Positions 7,547 to 16,500 of a stretch of DNA of 48,991 nucleotides are shown in pieces. Numbering within the stretch: the stretch's first letter is position 1; the number at the start of each line of letters is the position of its first letter. The position numbers and the translations under genes are program-made. The DNA comes from a virus. Taxonomy: Duplodnaviria; Caudoviricetes. Location of the stretch: positions 1 to 48,991 of the IMG/VR virus record IMGVR_UViG_3300005512_000053; one strand, written 5' to 3'. The notes beneath the pieces were generated by a model. It ran no database searches. It had not been told where the DNA came from and saw only the letters and a list, made by a program, of their open reading frames with translations.

Positions 7547-10500
7547 ATGGCTGACATACAAGCTAATATTGGTATTAATCTAGATACCTCTAGAGCACTT
7601 GCTCAGCTGAAGAATCTTCAACGCCAAATTTCAGTATTTAATGCTGAGATTGCACGCGGTGGCGGTAAAGCCGCTGCAGCCGCTGCAGGAATGCAGCAGG
7701 AACTGGTCAATAGTATTAATGCTACTGGCCAGTTTTCTGCATCTATGACGACTGTCAGAAGTACAACAGACTCTTTTACCAACGCTCTCGAAAAGAACAA
7801 ACTTTCTCTCGGACAGACTTTCCGCTACGCGGGGGCAGCTTCCAAAAAGTTTAGTCATCTATTTACCGGTGAATTTAATACAATTGAAAAGGTCGCTCGT
7901 GAAAGAGTAAAGACTATTCAGACCCAGTATATCAAGATGGGTCGTGATGCCAATGGAGCAATCAGGTCTATCGCAGTAAGGCCCCTTTCTCTTGATATGA
8001 ATAATCTTGCCACGCAAACTGCGATGGCAGCTCAAAAACAACAGATTCTTAATCAGCTTCTAAGGCAGGGATCTACCAACCTTCTAAACTGGGGTAAAAA
8101 TACTCAGTGGGCTGGTCGTCAGCTTATGGTTGGATTTACGCTACCCCTAGCCCTATTCGGAGCAGCTGCATCTAAGAGCTTTATGGAGCTTGAGGAACAA
8201 GCAATTAGATTCAAGCGAGTCTATGGAGATCTGTTTACCACCCCGCAACAAGCAGATCAAGCCTTTGCCGATATGCAAAGACTTGGTCAAGAGTTTACTA
8301 AGTATGGCGTTGCGGTAGAGAAGACTATTGGTCTAGCCGCTAGCGTTGCTCAGATGGGTAAAACTGGCGCAGAGCTTACAGCGCAGGTAACAGAAGCAAC
8401 AAGGCTTGCTGTTCTTGGTGGCATGGAGCAAGAAGATGCCCTTAACACCACAATATCTCTGACCAATGCTTTTGGTATTGCCGCAGAAGATCTGACTGGC
8501 AAAATTAACTTCCTGAATGCCGCAGAAAACCAAACAATTCTATCTATTCAAGATTTTAACGAGGCTGTTCCTCGTGCCGGTAGCGTTGTAGCACAGCTAG
8601 GTGGAGACGTAGAAGACCTGGCGTTCTTCCTTACTGCTATGCGAGAAGGTGGGATCGAAGCCTCACAGGGTGCTAACGCTCTTAAGACATCTCTTGGTAG
8701 GTTGGTAAATCCAACACGAAGAGCCAGAGAAGAGCTAGCTGCCTATGGCATCGATGTAGTTGGAATTGTTGAAAGAAACGCAGGCAACCTAAGACAAACA
8801 GTTCTAGACCTGGGAATGGCCCTAGATCAGCTAGATCCACTTGAGAAGTCACGAGCTATTGAAAGACTGTTTGGCAAGTTCCAATTTGCAAGAATGTCTG
8901 CTCTGTTCAATAATATTATGGACGAAGGAAGTCAGGCCGCAGCGGTACTAGACCTAATCAACACAAGTGCTGGAGATCTTGCAACAATTGCTGGTCGAGA
9001 ACTTGGCAGGGTAGAAGAGTCTGCGGCCACAAAGTTTAGGTCTGCTGTAGAACAATTCCAGGCAGCCCTTGCACCAATCGGAGAATCCTTCCTAAAACTT
9101 GTTACGCCAATTATTGAGTTTGGAACAAAAGTACTTAACGCATTTAACAACTTAAATGACGGAACCAAGGCATTTGTTGTCGGGCTTGTGGCTACTGTGG
9201 GTGCCGTTGGACCAGTTCTGCTTATGAGCATAGGTTTGCTTGCCAATGGTATAGCCAACATTATGAAAATGTTTTTGGGGCTACAGACAGTTTTCCAAAA
9301 AATTAGGGGTGGAACAAAGGGCGTAGCCGACCAAACAGAATACATGACCCAGCAGCAGCTTGAGTCTGCAGCAGCGGCGGCATCCCTAAACCAATCACAC
9401 TCAACATTAAAACAAACATTCACCTCTGAACTTTCAGCAGTAAATAATCTTGTAGCAGCATATCAAAGAATGACCACTGCTCAAAGAAATTCTTTGGGCG
9501 TTCCACAGGTTGTTTCTTCTACAGCTTCGGTTCCAGGATTTGCAAAGGGCAGAAAGGTTCCAGGATACAAAGACGGCGTCGTAATGGTTCCCGGCCAAAA
9601 AGGCGCAGGGGATGTTCAACCAGCAATGCTTGCTCCTGGGGAAGCAGTTATTCCTGCCGCAATGGCAGAAAAATATGGCCCACTAATTAATGCTATGATC
9701 GCTGGAAATATTCCAGGATATATGGCAGGGAAAACAAAGAGTGGTCCAAGAAAAGCTTCTATAGGTGTAGGCGAAAATAGCTATGAGCTAGGAACTTCTT
9801 CAGGCACAGCAGAAAAAATTGCTATTTTTGCCCAAATGGTTGTAGATAATGTTGAAAACGGAGGTGACATTGTTGCAGAAGCCTTTGCAAGAATGGCCGA
9901 CGATACAGGCGTTAGCGTTTCTAATTTTGTAAGAGAGATGGAGGTTGTTTCTGCTGATCTATACGGAAACAGCCCAGAAACTGTAAGAAAAACAATAGGG
10001 AAAGATGTAGAGTACAAGGCAAACGCTGCGGGAGTTAAAAATCTTCCACAACAACTTGCTTCTTCTAGGGGTCAATCGGGGATAGAAGAATATGAAAGGA
10101 CTATTGCTGCAAGAGACGAATCTTTGCGTGCGTTGGAAGGACACTATAAAAAAGCCGGTAAAACAGAAGAAGAAATTCAAAAACTTTTAGCATCTAGGTC
10201 TCAAATTGTCAGAGCCCATATTGTTGAAGTAGACAATATTGAAAAAATGTTTAGAGAAGGGTGGGATCCAGATCTTTGGGTGGCTCAAACAGAATCAGAA
10301 AATCAACTTTCTAACACCTTGGAAAACAGCCCAAAAACCAGAAAAGAGTATACAAGACATCTTGAAGCTCTAGTTACAGATGAAAAAATTAGAGCAGAAA
10401 TAATTGGGAAAATAACCAACAATATTGCTTTAACTGAAGAAGAACTTGAAATACAAGCTCAAGTATTAAAAAATATGTTGGCCGATGCCGAAACAATGAG

Positions 10501-13500
10501 GCAAACAGCCTCTGGAAAATTCATAAACGTAAGTGATAATTTTGAGTCACAAGCGGTGGGTACAGTCGGGGCGGCAAAGGGAAGGAAAAAGGCTGGTCCT
10601 GCTTCTCCAGGAGTTGGAACAAGAACTACGGTTGAAGTTTCCGAAGCCCAGAATAGACTAAAACAAGCCAGAACTAGAAACGTTTCTGGCGAAATAATGT
10701 CTGTTGCAGAAATGGAAGCCAAGAACGTTTCAAAGGTTGCTAGAGAAGGTATCAGACTTATGATTAAGTCTTTGTCTCAAGCAATAAAAGAAGAGCTTTC
10801 TAAAGGTTTTCAGTCTTCCTCACCATCTAAGGTAACAAGAAATGAAATGAAAAATGCCGTTGACGGCGCTGTCCAGGCAGTAAGAGAAGGCCAAGATGAC
10901 ATGCAACAGGCTGGCTCACAGCTAGCCGAAGCTACAGAACAAGGATTTAATAATTTTGGAGCAAGCGGAACTTCTTCTAGAACAAGGGGGGCTCCCAGTA
11001 GAGTTAGAACCGCAGGGGATACCACAACACCTGGACAGCCACTAGCATTTGCTATTTCTGGCGGGAAAGAAATACAAGCAGCACAAAAACAGCTTGCAGT
11101 ATCTACAAGAATGTCTAGCCAAAATATTTCAAACCTTGCAGTAAGTGCGATAAACGGTGCCAACAAGATAGGTTCAATAGGTATAGCTGTTAGCTCATTG
11201 GCTGGCGGCTTAACGATGGTGGAGGGGCCTTTAGGAGAGTTCGCTAGTAAGCTTTTCCCGATAACTAGCATCATTACGGGCTTATCTTTTGCCATGAACT
11301 TTCTTAGCGCTGAAACCGTAAAGCACAACATAGCAAATGCTGCCTCAAGAATAGCGCAAGAAAGAAATACCACTGCAACCATTATTAATACTCGCGCAAC
11401 ACAGAGAGAAACAGTTGCCAAAACCGTTAATGCCGGTGCCACTTCGGTTGTAACGGGAACAGTTAAAAAAGTTGGAATGGGATTTAGAAATATTGGTACA
11501 AGGATAGTTGGGTTCGCAAGGGCTGTTGGCTCAGCAGCACTTGGACTGTTGGGTATTACTGCTCCGGTAGCACTAGTTGTTGCAGGGCTGGCTTTGCTTG
11601 CTGGTGGAACCTACCTACTATACAAGGTAGTTAAAGATCAAGAGGCAAAGATTAATGGACTTGGCGATGCTGCCAACATGTCTGCAGACAGATTAAACAA
11701 CCTAAACGAAGCCTTGGGAATTCAGGGGTCTGGAGCAAGAGCAGCCAGCATTGAAAGCGCCCAAAGCTCTTTGGCAACCGCTGGTACCTTTGAAGAACAA
11801 AAAGAAATTGTAAATACCAAAGCTCAGTTCTTGGAGCTTCGTGAAACAAACAAAGAATTTAAAGCAGAGTGGAAGGGAACCGTAGACGCACTGAAGAGCG
11901 GCTCTGACGAAATTGCTAAATCAACCCTAGAAATGTTGGCGGTACAGCTTCAAACAGAAGGCTATACAGAAGAGCAAATAGCCGGTGTCGTAATGGCACT
12001 TCAAGAGCTTTCTGGTAAAACAGATGTAGAAATAGACTTTGCTTCGATTGATATAAACACTCAAACAGGTGCAATCGACGCAGCCGCCGAAGAGTTTGTT
12101 AGCTCGGTTGAAGATTCCGTAGGAAGGTATAACGCATACTCAACAATAAACTTTGATCAAGCGGCACTTGATAATTTTGGTGCAACACTTGCTTCATCAA
12201 TTATAAATCTTAATGCACAATTTGATGCCGGACTGATTACTCTAGATCAGTATGAGTCTCAGCTAGAGTTTATTAGGCTAAAGATAGAACAGATTGCAAA
12301 CGATGGTCCAAATGGTCTGGCTGGGGCCAAGGCAGCTGTAGAGGCTATGGTTGAAGATCTGAAAGAGCTAGGCTTTGAGGGCATAGAAGAAGATACTTCT
12401 GGCTTAATTGAGATTGGTACCGCAGAAAGTTTGGGTGCCGCAACCACTGTGGCTCAAGCCACCGCAGCCGGTGTGCCGGTTGACCCCGAGGACATCAAGA
12501 GAATGGAGACCGGTTTTGCCGACGGGGCAAGCGAAAGATCTCTAATTAATGCACAAAGACTAAAGAAGGGATACGACGATTTAACAGAGTCAATCAAAGA
12601 CTCGACCCGAGCAAACCAAGAACAAGAAAAGATTAACGAACAAATTGAAGATCTTCCTGGCGATATTGCTGCACAAACCGATGCATTAAACGATCAAATA
12701 GATACATTTAGCGAGGTCTACGATGAAGTAGAAAACAATGTAAATATTAAAAACAAGCTAGCTGTAGCTGAAAAAATAGCGGGTGACGAGATAACCAGGT
12801 TGGCCTATGACGAGGCTCAGAGACTTGGAACAGCTCGGGAGTTCTTACAAAGCATCGATGATCAAATAGAGGCTGAAAAGCAACTTAAGGCCGCTATAGA
12901 CCTTCAGGCTCTTAAAGATCAGGTTGCGCAGCAGAGGCAGCAAAATGCAGTTACCGAAGGTCTGGGAACAGCCCTTAAAGATACCGCTCTTGCACAAGAA
13001 ATAATGAACAATGCCCAGTATTCTGGCATCTTAATGGCTGCGCTGGCAGAGGCTGGTTATGATGCCGCTACGGGAAGTGCAGAAAGCCTAGCTGCGGCAA
13101 TGGCTAACGAAGACGTTCAAGACACCATAGCTTTTCTTAAAGATACTTTTGCCGTTCTTGGTACCGCACCAAAATCAAGTGGCGGAGGAGGAACTCCGAA
13201 GTCATTCCTTGACGATATTGTTAAAGGACTTAGAGATGTTGCCTCTGGACAAACTACAGTTACCGAAGGTTTCAAGTCTTCTCTACGTGCCCTCGTTGCT
13301 TTCAGTAAGGCAGGGGTAAAGGGTCTTAATGGTCTTTCTTCACAGCTTAGAAAAGCTGGGGTAACCGGAACATTTGCCGAAAAGATTCTTGGAATGGATC
13401 CCAAAGATTGGGAGAGACAAAAGAGGGAGCTGTTCAATTTTAATGCCGCTGGAAATATTACCGGCTTAACTGCCGCTGGCGAAGCGGTACAAGAAGCTCT

Positions 13501-16500
13501 GGGTGTTATTGAAATTGGTAAATTTATTGATGAACAACAAAGTCTTACTGTAAGTGTTGGGGAACAAATAGAGGCTCTTAATAGACTTACCGGCGCTGGG
13601 GCAAGCTATGAAGCAGCGTATGCTGCTGTTCAGAATGCTGCCTTTGCTTCAGCGGTAGCAACAGCCAAGAGCACCGAGCTGATTACTGCTGCCGCTCAAG
13701 AAGCTATGACTGCTATGGCAAAGATGAAAGAGCTTGAAGAAATAAATGAAGAAGAAGAGCGTAGGAAGAGAATTAGCGAAGCCATTAGAGAACAAAACAA
13801 AGAGTTCTCTAACCAAGCAAAGATTCTAGATCATATTAATAAGTCTAATTACAGCGAAGCTCAAATTAATGAAATTCTTAATAACAAAGATCTTCAGAGC
13901 CTTGTCCTAGAGCCAAGCATTGACCCAGGAGCACTTTCCACTGCCCTCGCAAATGCACAAAAACAGGCAGACCTTGAGCTAAGAATCAAGAAGCTCACGG
14001 TAGAGGGTCAAGAAGATATCTTCCAAGAAGGTGTTTCGAATGCAATGTCTGCATTCGGAGCGCTAGAAGAAGAAATAGATATTGAATTCAGGGCAAAAAT
14101 CAAAGATGACGGCTCTTTGGTTCAGGATGCTGAAAGACAAATTGCACTAATTGATTTTGAGCTTGATGACTACCAGGCTGGTCTAGATGAAATTGATAGG
14201 CTAGAGCAAGACATTAACGATGTTTACGATAAAAGAATTGAAGCTCTTGACGAGGTTGCAACTCTTAATGAAGATATAGCTAGATCTCAGGAGTCCCAGC
14301 TAGAAATTGCAGACGCTTTATCTAAGGGTGATATTGCAGCAGCTGCTAGAGCGGCACAGCAAAGTCGCCAGGTACAACAAGAAAGCGCCAGAGAAGCGCA
14401 GCAAAGAATGCTTGAGGAGCAAAGAGCTTCAGAGATTGCAAGATTGCGTTCTTCCGGCGGTATGACTAGAGAAGACCTACAAGATAGAATTAGAGACCTA
14501 GAAGAACAAATCTTTAATATTGAAGAAAAGACTCTTGAGCCAGCACAAGAAAGAATTAGGCTTGCAGAAATTACGAGGGACGACAGAGTTGCCGACCTAC
14601 AGGTTCTTGGAAAAACTAGAGAAGAGTGGGATAAGATATCTAACAGTGTCGATGTAGCACAAGCAAATGGTTGGAGATTTGCTGATGCAATGCAAGAGGC
14701 TCTTAATATTGTTGAAAAGCTTGTTGATAATTTAACAAATAGGCCTGCACCACCACCCCCCCCACCACCAGCGGCACCAGCACCAGCCCCACAAAGATCT
14801 TCTGGCGACGGCGGGTCTTCATCAAAATCAGCACCAGCTTCGCAGCCTCCGGATCGCAAGCCTTTGCCTGCATCAAAACCATCTGCCGCGGCATCTATAA
14901 TAACTGCACAAGCAGTTAAAAATTTAAATTCTGCACAAACAAGTGTAAGAAATGCCGCAGCTGCTACGCTAGCAAGCCCACCAAAAAGCGTTTCTCAAAT
15001 GACTGCGGCACAAAGAAAAGCAATTGGCCTTCCGTATGCCTATGGCGGAATGGTTGGACGTGCTCGATCTGGCCCACCACAACAATACTTTGGCGGCGGT
15101 AAAGTAAATGGTCCTGGAACAGAAAAGAGCGATTCTATTCCCGCCATGCTATCAAACGGTGAATATGTAATTAGAGCATCTTCTGTAAGATTGCTTGGTA
15201 AAGATTTCCTAGACAAGCTTAATGGTGGAAAGGTTGTACCAGACGAAAAGAATGGCCTACCCGCTTTTAGAAGGGGTGGTTTTGTAAACACAGGAACTTT
15301 GGCGGGTATTTTAAAAGCCTCACAACCCAAGCCACCACCAAAGAAATATACACCTCCAGTATCTATTAGACAAGCTGAAAGAGCCGCTAGCAAACCAGCT
15401 CCCAGACCAAAGCCCTCTCTGCCACCAAGCAGAGCGGTAGCAACCCCCGCTCCCGCTACCAGAAGGCCATCCAGCGCCTCTGCGTCAAGAACTTCTCAGC
15501 CAGTGGCACCACAGCCAACCATAAACAAATTATTAAATACCAAATCTACCGCTGCAGCAACCTCTGGAATTCTTGCAGATGTCACTGGGGGTAGGACTGG
15601 GTCACCCGACAGAATAGAAGCAAGGATAGAAGCGGTAAAACCATTCATAACTGAAGATATTGGAAAGAGTATTGAGGAGTACGTTCATTCGACCATCCCA
15701 CGCGGGTGGTGGGATGGTCGAATGGACGTTCCACAACCAGGCTCTCCCTACTTTAATCAAGAAGAATACCTAAAGAACCTGCCCCTGAACCAGCCATACT
15801 CCTATAGCACTCCTGGCACGCAAGCTGTTATGCAAGCCGACCAAAGAAACACAGCTCAAAGGCTAATGGACAAAGCTCCGGCCCTCAGGGACCTTCTGAC
15901 GGGCATTGGCGAGTTTTTCCTACCCATTACAGCGTCTCAAGTCGGCCAGGAAGGGCCCTCTTCCGTAGCTCCAATTAGAAGGGGGGCAACAGATAACAGC
16001 CTAGTGGATGATTTGCTAGGTATGCCGTTTGCCGGAGACATTGCTCTATATGCTGTTGGATCAGCAGCAGCTGCCGGTGTCGGAAAACTTTTGACAGGAT
16101 TGATTGGAGCAGCAGGTAGAACATCTTCTAGGGTAGGGCCAACGGGAGACATTCTTTCAGAAATTAATCTTGACGGCAGCCAAGCAAGCAGAGAAGTTAT
16201 TAGACAACAGCAAGAAGCTGTAGCAGCAGAAACATCAAGAATTCTTGGTGAAACTCTTAATACTGGTATATCTACCGGACAAATAAGTGGTCCCACTCAG
16301 ATTGGAATAGTTCGTCAATATATAGATGATTTGGTTAGATCGGACAGACTTTCTACCGGCCCAGAAATAACCGTTAATAAAGAAATTTTAGACAACATCC
16401 CCCACGTTAGAGACCTTTCTCCAATGGACCTTTTCGTTGTAGCGGCAAGGCATCAGGATCTCCCAGTCGGACCCATTACGGGCAAAGCAGATTTAGGAGA

